Position numbers and translations under genes: made by a program | From: Actinomycetales bacterium mxb001 | GTDB lineage: Bacteria > Actinomycetota > Actinomycetes > S36-B12 | DNA: 64,000 nt | Assembly (NCBI GenBank): GCA_004379115.1 | Contig: NBNH01000013.1 | Coordinates: forward strand, 4,136 to 68,135 | Direction: 5' to 3' | The notes under the pieces: generated by a model | What the model was told of the DNA's origin: nothing | The model's input: the letters and a program-made list of their open reading frames with translations, nothing else | Database searches by the model: none | In this document: positions 20,749-31,332 of the stretch, one piece after another | How the letters are laid out: each line of letters opens with the position of its first letter | How positions within the stretch are numbered: position 1 is the first letter of the stretch

Positions 20749-21576
20749 GTGCGGGGCGACGTCCGCCCCCTCGCGGCCGGCGATCTTCCCTGGCTTCGCG
20801 GTGTCCTGGCCGCCGATCCCCTCACCCATTGTTTCGTCGCCTCGCGCCTGGAGACCGTGGGTGCGCGCCTGGTGTCGGACGTGGTCGTCTATGCCATCGA
20901 CGGGCGCCCGCAGTCGGCTCTCTACCTCGGAGCAAATGTCATTCCCATCGAGACCGATGAGGAATCACGAGAGGCCTTCTCGGTGCATCTGCGTCGCACC
21001 GGGCGACGCGGTTCGTCGATGGTGGGTCCCGCTCGCGAGGTCCTCGAACTGTGGGACGGCGTGCGCGCTGCCTGGGGATCCGCCCGCGATGAACGACGGC
21101 ATCAGCCGTTGCTGTCGATGGCAACGGACTCGGCAGTCGTCCCTGACCCGCAGGTGCGCGTCGTGCGTATCGACGAACTCGACCTACTTCTCCCCGCGTG
21201 CGTAGCGATGTTCACCGAGGAGGTGGGCATCTCGCCACTGAGCGGGGGAGCGGGAACGGCGTACCGCGCGCGCGTGGCCGAACTCATTCGAGAAGGCCGC
21301 GCCTATGCGCGCATCGATAACGGCACCGTGGTGTTCAAGGCCGAGGTGGGTGCTGCTTCCACGGACGCATGCCAGGTCCAGGGCGTGTGGGTGGCGCCCG
21401 AGTGGCGAGGACGCGGCCTGTCGGTGCCGGGGATGGCCGCGGTGGTCCACGCGGCCCGCCGCGACTGCGCGCCGCTCGTGAGCCTGTATGTCAACGACTA
21501 CAACACGGCCGCTCGACGGTGCTATCGAGCCGTGGGCTTCGACGAGGTGGGGGAGTTCGCCACCATCCTGTTCTGA
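20749..21576 (+). CDS. GNAT-family N-acetyltransferase-like protein
   Basis: 275 aa. GTG start immediately after the ispG stop. C-terminal acetyltransferase-like core VWVAPEWRGRGLS...NTAARRCYRAVGF. Confidence 0.6.
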   Translation: MRGDVRPLAAGDLPWLRGVLAADPLTHCFVASRLETVGARLVSDVVVYAIDGRPQSALYLGANVIPIETDEESREAFSVHLRRTGRRGSSMVGPAREVLELWDGVRAAWGSARDERRHQPLLSMATDSAVVPDPQVRVVRIDELDLLLPACVAMFTEEVGISPLSGGAGTAYRARVAELIREGRAYARIDNGTVVFKAEVGAASTDACQVQGVWVAPEWRGRGLSVPGMAAVVHAARRDCAPLVSLYVNDYNTAARRCYRAVGFDEVGEFATILF

Positions 21577-21624
21577 CCGAGGTCACCGCTATCCTCAGAG
21601 CCTCCGCGACAAGATGGGCTGCCC

Positions 21625-23397
21625 GTGATCCTGCGCATGTCGACCCTCTTCCTGCGAACCTTGCGGGAGGACCCCGCCGATGCCGAGGTGCCGAGTCACC
21701 GGCTGCTGGTGCGAGCCGGCTATGTCCGGCGCGTCGCGCCGGGTGTCTTCTCATGGCTCCCGTTGGGTTACCTCACGTATCGCAACGTCGAGAGCATCAT
21801 CCGACAGGAGATGGACGGCGCGGGCTTCCAGGAGGTCCACTTCCCGGCGCTGCTACCGCGTGAGCCCTACGAGCGCACGCATCGCTGGGACGACTACGGC
21901 GACACGCTCTTCCGGCTTCAGGACCGCAAGGGCACCGACATGCTTCTCGGTCCGACGCACGAGGAGATGTTCACCCTGATGGTCAAGGGGGAGTACTCGT
22001 CCTACAAGGACCTGCCCCTGTGCATCTACCAGATCCAGACGAAGTACCGCGACGAAGCGCGACCCCGCGCTGGCATCCTGCGCGGTCGCGAGTTCGTCAT
22101 GAAGGACTCCTATTCCTTTGACGTCGACGATGCCGGGCTCGAGCGCTCCTACCTGCGCCATCGCGATGCCTACATCTCCACGTTCGATCGGCTCGAACTC
22201 GACTACGTCATCGTCTCGGCGCAGTCCGGAGCCATGGGCGGATCCCAGAGCGAGGAGTTCTTGGCGCCGACTGAGTCGGGTGAAGACACCTTCATCCGCT
22301 GTACGTCGTGCGACTACGCCGCCAACGTCGAAGCCGTCGTCACTCCGCCCCAGCCGGCGCGGTCGATCGACGGCCTTGCTCCGGCCGTCGTCCATGACAC
22401 TCCCAATACCCCCACGATCGCGACGCTGGTCGATGTGTCGAACTCCCGCGACGAGACACGTCGTGCCGATCGCCCATGGGAGGCCTCCGACACCTTGAAG
22501 AACGTCGTCCTCATGGCGACCTACCCCGATGGTCGCGAGGAGCCGCTTGCCATCGGAGTGCCTGGAGATCGAGAAGTCGATCTCAAGCGCGTCGAAGCAG
22601 CGGCCCATCCCGCCACCCTCCGACCCTTCGAGGAGAGCGACTTCCCGCGCTACCCCCAGCTGGTCAAGGGCTACATCGGTCCCGGCGTGCTCGGTCTCGC
22701 GGGCGGCGGCAGCATTCGATTCCTCGTCGATCCCCGCGTCGCGGTCGGCACCGCGTGGATCACCGGCGCCAACGAGCCTGGGCGCCACGTCTACGACCTC
22801 GTGCGCGGTCGCGACTTCGAGGTCGACGGAGAGATCGAGGCGGTCGAGATCCTGGAGGGTGATCCCTGCCCGCGATGCGGCAGCACCGTCGAGATTGCAC
22901 GCGGCATCGAGATCGGCCACATCTTCCAATTGGGTCGCAAGTACGCCGAAGCCCTTGGCCTGACGGTCCTCGACGAGCAGGGCAAGCAGGTCACGGTGAC
23001 CATGGGGTCCTACGGGATCGGCGTCTCGCGGGCAGTCGCAGCCGTGGCTGAACAGCATCATGACGACAAGGGGCTCATCTGGCCCCGCGAGGTCTCGCCG
23101 GCCGACGTGCACATCGTGGCCACCGGCAAGGAGGACGCGCCGTTCGAGGCCGCCGACACGATCGCCGCGAGCCTCGATGCCGCGGGAGTTCGCGTGCTGC
23201 TCGACGACCGCCGTGGCGTCTCGCCCGGGGTGAAGTTCAATGACGCAGAACTCATCGGCGTGCCCACCATCGTCGTGGTCGGCAAGCGCCTAGCCGACGG
23301 GCAGGTTGAGTTGCGCGATCGGGCGAGCGGGGAGAGTGTCGACGTGGCCGTGGGCGACATCGTCGACCGCATCATCGCCCTCTGCCGTCAGCGCTGA
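21625..23397 (+). CDS. proS: proline--tRNA ligase
   Basis: 590 aa bacterial-type ProRS with an insertion (editing) domain. N-terminus [43 protein letters not shown] aligns with E. coli ProS. Start is GTG 21625 or ATG 21637. Confidence 0.9.
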   Translation: MILRMSTLFLRTLREDPADAEVPSHRLLVRAGYVRRVAPGVFSWLPLGYLTYRNVESIIRQEMDGAGFQEVHFPALLPREPYERTHRWDDYGDTLFRLQDRKGTDMLLGPTHEEMFTLMVKGEYSSYKDLPLCIYQIQTKYRDEARPRAGILRGREFVMKDSYSFDVDDAGLERSYLRHRDAYISTFDRLELDYVIVSAQSGAMGGSQSEEFLAPTESGEDTFIRCTSCDYAANVEAVVTPPQPARSIDGLAPAVVHDTPNTPTIATLVDVSNSRDETRRADRPWEASDTLKNVVLMATYPDGREEPLAIGVPGDREVDLKRVEAAAHPATLRPFEESDFPRYPQLVKGYIGPGVLGLAGGGSIRFLVDPRVAVGTAWITGANEPGRHVYDLVRGRDFEVDGEIEAVEILEGDPCPRCGSTVEIARGIEIGHIFQLGRKYAEALGLTVLDEQGKQVTVTMGSYGIGVSRAVAAVAEQHHDDKGLIWPREVSPADVHIVATGKEDAPFEAADTIAASLDAAGVRVLLDDRRGVSPGVKFNDAELIGVPTIVVVGKRLADGQVELRDRASGESVDVAVGDIVDRIIALCRQR

Positions 23398-23400
23398 GCG

Positions 23401-24117
23401 ATGCCTGTCGAGGCAGTCATCTTCGACTGGGGTGGCACCCTCACCCCCTGGCATGACATCGACCTCGTTGACATGTGGCGCGCCTACGCCGTCGCCTACG
23501 ACGTGGCTGACCCGCAGTCACTTGCCGAGCAACTGGCGCGCGAGGAGGTCGCGCGGTGGCAGCGTCAGCAATCCACGAGCGGTGCCGAGGGCACCGGTGC
23601 GCTCGACCACCTCTTCGCCGCGGTGGGCATCGATGTCTCTACAGCTCGCCATGGCCGCGCGCTCGCGGCGTACCTGGCCCACTGGGATCCGCACACCCTG
23701 GCCGATCCCGATGCGATCGACCTCATGGCCGCCCTTCGCCGGCACGGCATTCGGGTGGGCGTTCTGTCCAACACCATGTGGCCGAGGTGGCATCACGAAG
23801 CGGTCTTCTCCCGTGACGGCCTTCTGCCGCTGATTGACGCGGCGGTCTACTCCAGCGAGATCCCTGTCGCCAAGCCGCATGCCAGTGCCTTCGTGGCGGC
23901 GCTGTCGGCGCTCGATGCTCGCCCGGAGGCCACGGTGTTCGTCGGCGATCGGCCATGGGATGACGTTCATGGCTCCCAGCAGGTCGGCATGCGGGCGATC
24001 CTCATCCCGCACTCTCGTCTAGGCGACCAGGCCGTCGATATCGACGTCACGCCCGATGCGGTCGTGTCTCGGCTGGGAGAGGTTCTCGCCATCGTCGAGT
24101 CATGGCGTGACGCGTGA
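23401..24117 (+). CDS. HAD-superfamily hydrolase
   Basis: 238 aa. Motif I is VIFDWGGTL, where the Asp+2 position is Gly, as in dehalogenase/phosphonatase-like subfamilies. Motif II is GVLSNT, motif III Lys is in VAKPH, and motif IV is VGDRPWDDVHG. Confidence 0.7.
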   Translation: MPVEAVIFDWGGTLTPWHDIDLVDMWRAYAVAYDVADPQSLAEQLAREEVARWQRQQSTSGAEGTGALDHLFAAVGIDVSTARHGRALAAYLAHWDPHTLADPDAIDLMAALRRHGIRVGVLSNTMWPRWHHEAVFSRDGLLPLIDAAVYSSEIPVAKPHASAFVAALSALDARPEATVFVGDRPWDDVHGSQQVGMRAILIPHSRLGDQAVDIDVTPDAVVSRLGEVLAIVESWRDA

Positions 24118-24884
24118 CCCCCGACTGGTACGTCATCGTCGCGCTGTGCGTGGTCGCGGCGGCGGCCGGCTGGGTCGACGCCGTGAGCGGGGGCGGTGGC
24201 CTTCTGCAACTGCCCGCCTTGCTCATTGCCTTGCCCGGACAGTCGCCCTCCGTCTCGCTAGGGACCAACAAGATGTCGTCGATCCTGGGCACGTCGGCGG
24301 CGGCGCTGACCTACGGCCGAGTCGAGCGTCCGCGACTGGCAACAGCACTGCCTATGGCACTCGCGGCCTTCGGCGGCGCCGCGATCGGATCCCTGGTGGC
24401 CGTGCACTTACCTCCGGTGGTCTTCCGTCCGATCATCCTGGTGGCGCTCATCGTCGTCTGGTGCTTCATCGCGTTCCGCCGCGACCTGGGCCTGGTCGCA
24501 CGCGAGACGTCGCGGCGACGCCACCTGACCACGGCCATCCTCGGCGGGCTGGGGATCGGCTTCTATGACGGAGCCGTCGGTCCGGGCACCGGTTCTTTCC
24601 TTGTCGTGCTCCTCGTGGCCGCGCTGGGCTACACGTTCCTGCAAGCCTCAGCCACCGCCAAGATCGTCAACGTCGGCACCAACCTCGCGTCACTCATCGT
24701 CTTCGGGCTGGCCGGGTCGGTGCTCTGGATTCTCGGCCTGCTGATGGGGGTGTGCAATGTGGCCGGCGCCATCGTCGGTGCACGCATGGCGATGGCGAAG
24801 GGAAGCGGCTTCGTGCGCGTGGTGCTCCTTGCGGTGACCGCCGTGCTCATCGTCGTCCTGGCCGTGCAGATCGTGCGCGGCTGA
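24114..24884 (+). CDS. TSUP (TauE/SafE) family anion exporter
   Basis: 256 aa, about 8 hydrophobic helices in a Gly-rich 4+4 repeat layout. GTG start overlaps the HAD gene stop (GTGA). Confidence 0.75.
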   Translation: MTPDWYVIVALCVVAAAAGWVDAVSGGGGLLQLPALLIALPGQSPSVSLGTNKMSSILGTSAAALTYGRVERPRLATALPMALAAFGGAAIGSLVAVHLPPVVFRPIILVALIVVWCFIAFRRDLGLVARETSRRRHLTTAILGGLGIGFYDGAVGPGTGSFLVVLLVAALGYTFLQASATAKIVNVGTNLASLIVFGLAGSVLWILGLLMGVCNVAGAIVGARMAMAKGSGFVRVVLLAVTAVLIVVLAVQIVRG

Positions 24885-24886
24885 CC

Positions 24887-25273
24887 TCACCGGCCGGGAA
24901 AGGCCTCCGGTTCGCCACCCCAGCCGATCGCGCGAACCTCGCATTCGCACGCGGCGAGGGCCGCGTTGACCCGCTCGTCGCCCGACGTGGCCGCCGCCAG
25001 GTCGGCATAGGTGGCGGCAAGGCGCGATTCGACGTCCGCGAGAAGGGCCCGCGCCTGCGGCTCATCGGCCGGCGGGGCGACGTCGTATCCACCCGGCGCG
25101 CCGGGCAGTGCGGAGGTCCCTGCGAGTTCGCGCAGTTGCAGCAGTCGCGCGCGATGGGCCGCGAGTCCCCCCAGGGCGCGGTCACGGTCGGTGCTGGCGA
25201 GCCGGGCCCCGGCCAGGCCGTAGGCGTAGATCGCCGCTTCCTCACCGGCGATCGCATGGGCAAGCGCGCTCAT
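24887..25273 (-). CDS. ferritin-like DUF4439 protein (no signal peptide)
   Basis: 128 aa. AIAGEEAAIYAYGLAGARL is typical of DUF4439. The start overlaps the stop of the upstream partner gene by 4 nt. Confidence 0.6.
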   Translation of the reverse strand: MSALAHAIAGEEAAIYAYGLAGARLASTDRDRALGGLAAHRARLLQLRELAGTSALPGAPGGYDVAPPADEPQARALLADVESRLAATYADLAAATSGDERVNAALAACECEVRAIGWGGEPEAFPGR

Positions 25274-25749
25274 GGCGCCCCGTCCTTCAAGAAGGCGGCA
25301 TGGCCGGCCTCGGAGGCACCGATGAGCGCGAGCAGCCGCGCGAGGTCGGGCTGGGCAGCGCGCGAACAGGCTGTGACGCGGTCGCGACTGGCCTGAAGCT
25401 CGGCAGCGACCAACTGCGCACGATCCGGGGCGGCGCTGACAGGGGATGCTGAGCCGCCGGGAGCGGCCGACCCGAGTGCCTGGGCGTGCTCGATGTGTTG
25501 GTCACGAAGTGAGGTGAGTTCGTCGACCTTGGACGGCTGCGCGGCGATCGCCGCGTCGTACATCGCCACCAGCATCCATTCCTGGGCTGCGACATCGCTG
25601 CGGGTCAGTGCATCGGTATCGCTCGTCGAGGACGCGTCCGGGCTCGGCTCGCCTGCGGGGGTGCAGGCGGCCACTCCGGCGCCAACGATGATCGCGAGCG
25701 CGGCCCGGCGGGAGATCGAGGAGGGGGAGTCGGGCGCCGGGTTTCCCAC
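25270..25749 (-). CDS. Tat-signal lipoprotein, ferritin-like DUF4439-type
   Basis: Signal SISRRAALAIIVGAGVAAC (twin Arg plus lipobox). I prefer the GTG at residue 22 of track ORF 25270..25812; the track start at 25812 would abut rimP. Confidence 0.55.
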   Translation of the reverse strand: MGNPAPDSPSSISRRAALAIIVGAGVAACTPAGEPSPDASSTSDTDALTRSDVAAQEWMLVAMYDAAIAAQPSKVDELTSLRDQHIEHAQALGSAAPGGSASPVSAAPDRAQLVAAELQASRDRVTACSRAAQPDLARLLALIGASEAGHAAFLKDGAP

Positions 25750-25832
25750 GCGGTCAGCATGCCACGACAGCAGGTACCCTCGGGGTAGCGAACGACGGCC
25801 GAGAGGCCGCACAGGTGAATACGGGAGGTGCC

Positions 25833-26297
25833 ATGGTCGAGACGACCCTTCGCGCCCTCCTGGAGCCCGTGGTCGCCGACCTGGGCCTCGACCTGGAGGG
25901 CGTCGACGTGACCGCGGCGGGCCGCCGCCGTCGCGTCTGCATCGTGGTGGATCGCGATGGCGGAATCGACCTCGACGCCGTCGCCGACGTGAGCAAGTCG
26001 GTGTCCGACGTGCTCGACGCGAGCAATGTCCTGGGTGACGCGCCCTATGTCCTCGAGGTCACCTCACCGGGAGTGGATCGCCCGCTCACGGAGCCGCGAC
26101 ATTGGCGCCGGGCGCGGCAGCGCCTGGTCGCTTGCCAGATGACAGACGGGCGCACGATCGAGGGCCGCGTCATCGAGTCCGACGACCACACCGTCACCGT
26201 TGACACCACCGATGGACGTGTCACGTTTCCGATGTCCGAGGTGTCGCAGGCGCGGGTTCAGATCGAGTTCCGCCGCCAGGAAGACGAGGGTGAGTGA
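25833..26297 (+). CDS. rimP: ribosome maturation factor RimP
   Basis: 154 aa from the ATG preceded by GGGAGG; the track start at 25815 is an upstream GTG. LEPVVADLGLDLEGVDV is a typical RimP N-terminus. Immediately upstream of nusA. Confidence 0.8.
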   Translation: MVETTLRALLEPVVADLGLDLEGVDVTAAGRRRRVCIVVDRDGGIDLDAVADVSKSVSDVLDASNVLGDAPYVLEVTSPGVDRPLTEPRHWRRARQRLVACQMTDGRTIEGRVIESDDHTVTVDTTDGRVTFPMSEVSQARVQIEFRRQEDEGE

Positions 26298-26300
26298 GCT

Positions 26301-27338
26301 ATGGACATCGACGTCAACGCTCTCAAGGCGCTCGTCCGCGAGAAGGAACTCTCGTGGGATCTGGTCATCGATTCGATCGAGCAGGCACTTCTTGTGGCCT
26401 ATCAGCGCACCGAGGGCGCTGCTACCCATGCCCGTGTCGAGGTCGATCGTGCGACCGGCCATGTCACGGTCTGGGCACGCGAGGAACTGTTGGACGAGGA
26501 CCAGGTGGCTGGCACGGCGCCTCCCACGCCGCGTGAATACGACGACACGCCATCGGGGTTCGGCCGCGTAGCCGCCACGACCGCTCGCCAGGTTCTCCTT
26601 CAGCGCCTGCGCGAAGCCGAAGAGGACCGCACCTTCGGTGAGTTCAGCGGCACCGAGGGTGATCTTGTGTCCGGCGTCATCCAGCAGGGGTCCGACCCCC
26701 GTGTGGTGCGCGTCGATCTCGGCAAGGTCGAAGCCATTCTTCCCCCGGCCGAGCAGGTCCCCGGAGAGTCCTACCCGCACGGCACGCGCATCAAGTGCGT
26801 CGTCACGCAGGTGCGCCGCGGACCTCGTGGCCCCCAGGTGACCGTGTCGCGCTCCCATCCGGGGTTGGTGCGCGGCCTCTTCGCGCTCGAGGTTCCCGAG
26901 ATCGCTGATGGAAGCGTGGAGATCGCCGGCCTGGCGCGCGAAGCGGGCCATCGCACCAAGATCGCGGTGCGCTCGACCGCCCCGGGCGTCAATGCCAAGG
27001 GGGCGTGCATCGGACCCATGGGCCAGCGGGTGCGTCAGGTCATGTCCGAACTGGGGGGCGAGAAGATCGACATCGTCGACTACAGCGAAGACCCGGCCGA
27101 GCTCATCGCCCACGCGCTGTCACCGGCCCGGGTGAGCCACGTCGAGATCGTCGACCCCGAGGCTCGGGCGGCCCGGGTGACCGTTCCGGACTACCAACTC
27201 TCACTGGCGATCGGACGCGAGGGACAAAATGCCCGGCTGGCGGCCCGACTCACGGGCTGGCGCATCGACATCCGTTCGGACACGGCCCCGGGGTCCGGCC
27301 CGGCCGAGGCGCCCGATCCGGGCGCAGGGCCATCCTGA
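26301..27338 (+). CDS. nusA: transcription termination/antitermination factor NusA
   Basis: 345 aa with NTD, S1 and two KH regions ([28 protein letters not shown]). Conserved rimP-nusA-ylxR-infB order. Confidence 0.9.
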   Translation: MDIDVNALKALVREKELSWDLVIDSIEQALLVAYQRTEGAATHARVEVDRATGHVTVWAREELLDEDQVAGTAPPTPREYDDTPSGFGRVAATTARQVLLQRLREAEEDRTFGEFSGTEGDLVSGVIQQGSDPRVVRVDLGKVEAILPPAEQVPGESYPHGTRIKCVVTQVRRGPRGPQVTVSRSHPGLVRGLFALEVPEIADGSVEIAGLAREAGHRTKIAVRSTAPGVNAKGACIGPMGQRVRQVMSELGGEKIDIVDYSEDPAELIAHALSPARVSHVEIVDPEARAARVTVPDYQLSLAIGREGQNARLAARLTGWRIDIRSDTAPGSGPAEAPDPGAGPS

Positions 27339-27388
27339 GTCAGGGGCTACACTCCTTACCGTCTGAGTGGCCCACCCCTGGGAACGAT

Positions 27389-27715
27389 GTGACGACTGGT
27401 CGCGCGCGGAGCGTGCGCACGTGCATCGGCTGCCGGGAGCGGTCCGCTCCGGCCGGCCTCCTGCGGGTCGTGCTTCGAGACGGGGACGTCGTCCCCGACC
27501 CCGACGCCGCCCTGCCGGGTCGAGGTGCCTGGTTGCACCCCGCCTGCCTGGAGACCGCCGAGCGTCGCAAGGCGTTCACCCGCGCGCTGCGCACCACGCA
27601 GGCGCCGAGCACATCGGCCCTGCGCGCGTACACGGCACGCATGTCCATATCCGTCGCCATGGACGCGCAAGGCCCGACAGCCACACCGCGTCCGAGATCG
27701 GGGCAAACAGGATGA
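27389..27715 (+). CDS. ylxR: YlxR/DUF448 family RNA-binding protein
   Basis: 108 aa from the GTG at residue 129 of track ORF 27005..27715. Motifs RTCIGCRERS and GRGAWLHP. Sits between nusA and infB. Confidence 0.75.
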   Translation: MTTGRARSVRTCIGCRERSAPAGLLRVVLRDGDVVPDPDAALPGRGAWLHPACLETAERRKAFTRALRTTQAPSTSALRAYTARMSISVAMDAQGPTATPRPRSGQTG

Positions 27716-27761
27716 GCCACCGATGAGCTCCCAGCCATGAGCAGGGTCGCCCAGCACTGAC

Positions 27762-27799
27762 GGTCCGGACCCGCATGCCCCGCGCATGCCGCCCGGACC
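27762..27799 (+). promoter_or_regulatory. interrupted GC-rich hairpin in the ylxR-infB spacer, just 5' of the infB SD
   Basis: GGTCCGG (27762-68) pairs with CCGGACC (27793-99). An inner GCATGC (27773-78) pairs with GCATGC (27784-89) around a 5-nt loop. It ends 15 nt before the GTG at 27815. Confidence 0.4.
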
Positions 27800-27814
27800 G
27801 AAGACAGGAGAGTC

Positions 27815-30523
27815 GTGTCGAAAGTCCGGGTCTACGAGCTCGCTAAAGAGCTCGGAGTCGAGAGCAAGGTCGTGCTCGCCAAGTTGGCGGAGCTCGGCGA
27901 GTTCGTGCGCTCGGCCTCATCCACGGTCGAAGCCCCCGTGGTGCGCAAGCTGAAGGACGCCATGCCGGCGCCCGCGGAGGGCGCCGCCCCCGCAAAGAAG
28001 GCCCCCGCGAAGAAGGCGGCGGCCAAGAAGGCCGCGGCCCCCGCTCCAGCCGAGCCCGAGACGCCTGTGGCCGAGCCGGAGCTTGCGGCCAGCGCACCTC
28101 CCGCACCTGCGGCCGCCCCCGAGGCCCCCGCAGCAGACTCCGCGGAGGCCCCTCGTCCGGCTCCGCGCCCGTCGGCGCCGCGTCCGGGCAACAATCCCTT
28201 CACCGGCAATGTCGCGGCTCGCGAGGCCCCGCGCCCCCCAGCGCCCCGTCCCGGCAACAATCCCTTTACGGGCAACACCGGCATGGGTCGTCCTGCCTCG
28301 GGTGTGCCCGGTATTCCCCGCCCGACTCCGGGCATGATGCCTCCGCGCGTTCCCGGCGTTCCGCGTCCCGGTTCGCCGGCTCCACGCCCCGGTGGCGCTC
28401 CGGGCCGTGCTCCGGGCGGTCGTCCCGGCGGCGCTCCCGGTGGTCGTCCCGGCGGCGCTCCCGGTGGTCGTCCCGGCGGCGGTCCTGGTGGAGGTCGCGG
28501 TGGTTTCGGCGCTCCCAGCACCGGCGGTCCTGGCGGCCCGCCCGGACGCGGTGGATTCGGTCCGCCCGGACGCGGTGGACCCGGTGGTCGCGGCGGCACG
28601 GCGGGTGCGTTCGGCAAGCCCGGTGGTCGGCCCTCTCGTGGACGCAAGTCGAAGCGCGCCAAGCGCCAGGAATTCGACAACATGCAGGCACCGACCATCG
28701 GAGGCGTTCGCCTGCCGCGCGGCAACGGTGCGGTTGTGCGGCTGCCGCGAGGTGCGAGCCTCACCGACTTCGCCGAGAAGATCGACGCCAGTCCTGCTGA
28801 CCTGGTGACGGTGTTGTTCAAGCTCGGCGAGATGGTCACGGCCACGCAATCGGTCGATGACGACACCCTGCGACTCCTGGGCAGCGAGCTCGATTTCGAT
28901 GTGCAGGTCGTCTCCCCCGAAGACGAGGATCGCGAACTCCTCGAGTCCTTCGACCTCGACTTCGGTGAGGACGAGGGTGAGGAGGCCGACCTGGCTCCCC
29001 GTCCTCCGGTCGTCACCGTCATGGGTCACGTCGACCATGGCAAGACCAAGCTGTTGGACGCGATCCGCCAGACCAACGTCGTGGCGGGAGAGGCCGGCGG
29101 CATCACCCAGCACATCGGCGCCTACCAGATCGTTGCCCATCCGGGCGAGGGCGAGCGGCCGATCACCTTCATCGACACCCCGGGCCACGAGGCGTTCACC
29201 GCCATGCGCGCGCGTGGTGCCCAGGTCACCGACATCGCCGTGCTGGTGGTGGCGGCCGACGACGGCGTGAAGCCGCAGACCATCGAGGCGCTCAATCACG
29301 CTCAGGCTGCCCAGGTCCCCATCGTCGTTGCTGTCAACAAGGTCGACAAGGAAGGCGCCGATCCCTCGAAGGTGCGCGGCCAACTCACCGAGTTCGGTCT
29401 CGTTGCTGAGGAGTACGGCGGCGAGACGATGTTCGTCGACGTCTCCGCTGTGCAGCGCACAGGTCTGGATGACCTGCTCGAGGCCATCTTGCTGACGGCC
29501 GATGCCGCCCTCGACCTGCGCGCCAACCCGGTGCAGGACGCCCAGGGCGTGGCCATCGAGGCACATCTGGACCGCGGTCGCGGTCCGGTGGCGACGGTGC
29601 TCGTTCAGCGCGGCACCCTGCGCCCGGGCGACTCGATCGTCGCTGGCGATGCCTATGGTCGCGTGCGCGCCATGCTCGACGAAGACGGCGAGCCGGTGGA
29701 CGAGGCACTGCCGTCGCGTCCCGTCCAGGTCCTGGGCCTGACATCGGTCCCCAGTGCTGGCGACACGTTCCTCGTCGTGAGTGAAGACCGGATCGCCCGT
29801 CAGATCGCGCAGACTCGCCAGGCACGTGAGCGCAATGCGCAGCTGGCCAAGTCGCGTGCCCGCCGCACTCTCGAGGACTTCCTCAAGAGCATCGAGGAAG
29901 GCGAGCAGCGCGAACTCAACCTCATCCTCAAGGGTGACGTGTCGGGTTCGGTCGAGGCCCTCGAGGACGCACTACTGAAGATCGAGGTGGGCGACGAGGT
30001 TTCCCTGCGCGTCATCCACCGCGGCGTTGGCGCGATCACCAAGAGCGACGTGACGCTGGCGAGTGCTTCCGACGCGGTCGTGGTGGGCTTCAATGTCCGA
30101 CCCGAGGGCAAGGTGGCCGAATATGCCAGCCAAGAAGGTGTCGACGTGCGGTTCTACTCGGTCATCTACCAGGCGATCGAGGAGATCGAGGCGGCACTGC
30201 GCGGCATGCTCAAGCCGGAGTTCGAGGAGGCCCAGCTCGGCACCGCCGAGGTTCGCGAGGTCTTCAAGTCGTCCAAGTTCGGCACCATCGCAGGTTGCCT
30301 CGTCCGCTCAGGCGAGATCAAGCGCAACACGAAGGCGCGCCTGATCCGCGACGGTGCCGTCGTGGCCAACGACCTCACCATCTCGGGCCTTCGCCGGTTC
30401 AAGGACGACGTCACCGAGGTGCGCGAAGGATTCGAATGCGGCATCAACCTGGGCACCTACCAAGACGTCAAGGTCGATGACGTGATCGAGACATACGAGA
30501 TGCGAGAGAAGGCCCGCGCGTAG
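27815..30523 (+). CDS. infB: translation initiation factor IF-2
   Basis: 902 aa. GTPase motifs [17 protein letters not shown]. Long Pro/Gly/Ala-rich N-terminal region. GTG start with AGGAG SD. Confidence 0.95.
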   Translation: MSKVRVYELAKELGVESKVVLAKLAELGEFVRSASSTVEAPVVRKLKDAMPAPAEGAAPAKKAPAKKAAAKKAAAPAPAEPETPVAEPELAASAPPAPAAAPEAPAADSAEAPRPAPRPSAPRPGNNPFTGNVAAREAPRPPAPRPGNNPFTGNTGMGRPASGVPGIPRPTPGMMPPRVPGVPRPGSPAPRPGGAPGRAPGGRPGGAPGGRPGGAPGGRPGGGPGGGRGGFGAPSTGGPGGPPGRGGFGPPGRGGPGGRGGTAGAFGKPGGRPSRGRKSKRAKRQEFDNMQAPTIGGVRLPRGNGAVVRLPRGASLTDFAEKIDASPADLVTVLFKLGEMVTATQSVDDDTLRLLGSELDFDVQVVSPEDEDRELLESFDLDFGEDEGEEADLAPRPPVVTVMGHVDHGKTKLLDAIRQTNVVAGEAGGITQHIGAYQIVAHPGEGERPITFIDTPGHEAFTAMRARGAQVTDIAVLVVAADDGVKPQTIEALNHAQAAQVPIVVAVNKVDKEGADPSKVRGQLTEFGLVAEEYGGETMFVDVSAVQRTGLDDLLEAILLTADAALDLRANPVQDAQGVAIEAHLDRGRGPVATVLVQRGTLRPGDSIVAGDAYGRVRAMLDEDGEPVDEALPSRPVQVLGLTSVPSAGDTFLVVSEDRIARQIAQTRQARERNAQLAKSRARRTLEDFLKSIEEGEQRELNLILKGDVSGSVEALEDALLKIEVGDEVSLRVIHRGVGAITKSDVTLASASDAVVVGFNVRPEGKVAEYASQEGVDVRFYSVIYQAIEEIEAALRGMLKPEFEEAQLGTAEVREVFKSSKFGTIAGCLVRSGEIKRNTKARLIRDGAVVANDLTISGLRRFKDDVTEVREGFECGINLGTYQDVKVDDVIETYEMREKARA
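28412..28487 (+). repeat. in-frame 24-nt tandem repeat (about 3 copies) encoding GGRPGGAP within infB
   Basis: Peptide [26 protein letters not shown] at IF-2 residues about 200-225. The nucleotide units ggtcgtcccggcggcgctcccggt are nearly identical. A second duplication, [10 protein letters not shown] x2, lies at about 28178-28276. Confidence 0.7.
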
Positions 30524-30539
30524 TCCAACGGAGGTCGGC

Positions 30540-30842
30540 GTGTTCGTGGCCACGTGCGAGGCCGATGTTCTTCTGGGCGACGTTCATTCGCTCAAGGAGA
30601 AGAGGGCGATCATTCGCCCGCTGGTGAAGGAGGTGCGTCGGGAGTTCGACGTGGCGGTCGCTGAGACCGGCTTCCAGGACCTGCACCGGCGAGCGCTCGT
30701 GAGCGTCGCCGCCGTCTCCGGCTCGGCGTCCCATGCACGTGAAGTCGTGGACGCCTGCGAGGCCTGGCTGGCGAGGCGACCTGAGATCGAGATTCTGGCG
30801 GTCCGCCGAAGGGTCTTCGGCGGAGAGGACGAGGGGATATAG
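30540..30842 (+). CDS. DUF503 family protein
   Basis: 100 aa. CEADVLLGDVHSLKEKRAI is typical of DUF503. Conserved position between infB and rbfA. GGAGG SD with GTG start. Confidence 0.7.
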   Translation: MFVATCEADVLLGDVHSLKEKRAIIRPLVKEVRREFDVAVAETGFQDLHRRALVSVAAVSGSASHAREVVDACEAWLARRPEIEILAVRRRVFGGEDEGI

Positions 30843-30844
30843 CG

Positions 30845-31321
30845 ATGGCTTCACAGGCCCGGGCCAACAAATTGGCCGATCGTGTGCGCGAGATCGTGGC
30901 GGAGGCGCTGGAAATGCGCGTCAAGGACCCGCGTCTTGGTTTCATCACCGTGACCGACGCGCGAGTGACCCCCGATCTTCGCGAGGCAACCGTCTTCTAC
31001 ACCGTCTACGGTGACGACGAGGCGCGCGCGGCCACGGCTGCCGCGCTGGAGTCCGCCAAGGGTGTCCTGCGCACCGAAGTTGGTCGCCAGACCGGCATCA
31101 AGCACACCCCGTCCCTCAGCTTCGTCCCCGATGCCCTACCCGACACCGCGCGGCACATCGACGATCTGCTGCGCGTCGCCGCCGAGTCCGACGCCGAAGT
31201 GCACGCCCGGGCGACCGGTGCCGCCTACGCCGGGGAGCCCGATCCCTATCGCCAGCCCCGACCCGAGGCCCTCGACGACGTCGATGACGCGACGCGAGCG
31301 CCACGGTCGGACGACGACTAG
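30845..31321 (+). CDS. rbfA: ribosome-binding factor A
   Basis: 158 aa. RANKLADRVREIVAEAL...DPRLGFITVTDARVTPDLREATVFY, followed by an acidic C-terminal tail. Confidence 0.85.
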   Translation: MASQARANKLADRVREIVAEALEMRVKDPRLGFITVTDARVTPDLREATVFYTVYGDDEARAATAAALESAKGVLRTEVGRQTGIKHTPSLSFVPDALPDTARHIDDLLRVAAESDAEVHARATGAAYAGEPDPYRQPRPEALDDVDDATRAPRSDDD

Positions 31322-31332
31322 TCGGCGACGCG

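Noticed and set aside
24752-25396. 214-aa plus-strand ORF over the DUF4439 genes.
   Set aside because: The minus-strand products show the DUF4439 pattern and a Tat/lipobox signal. The plus-strand product is Arg/Gly-rich without motifs.
28412-28487. Tandem 24-nt repeats considered as a possible CRISPR or VNTR locus.
   Set aside because: The repeats are contiguous without spacers, in frame, and inside infB, where they encode GGRPGGAP. This is not a CRISPR array.
27832-29566. Minus-strand ORFs of 396 and 549 aa opposite infB.
   Set aside because: They are generated by the Pro/Gly/Ala repeat region of IF-2 read in antisense. The infB call is unambiguous from its G-domain motifs.
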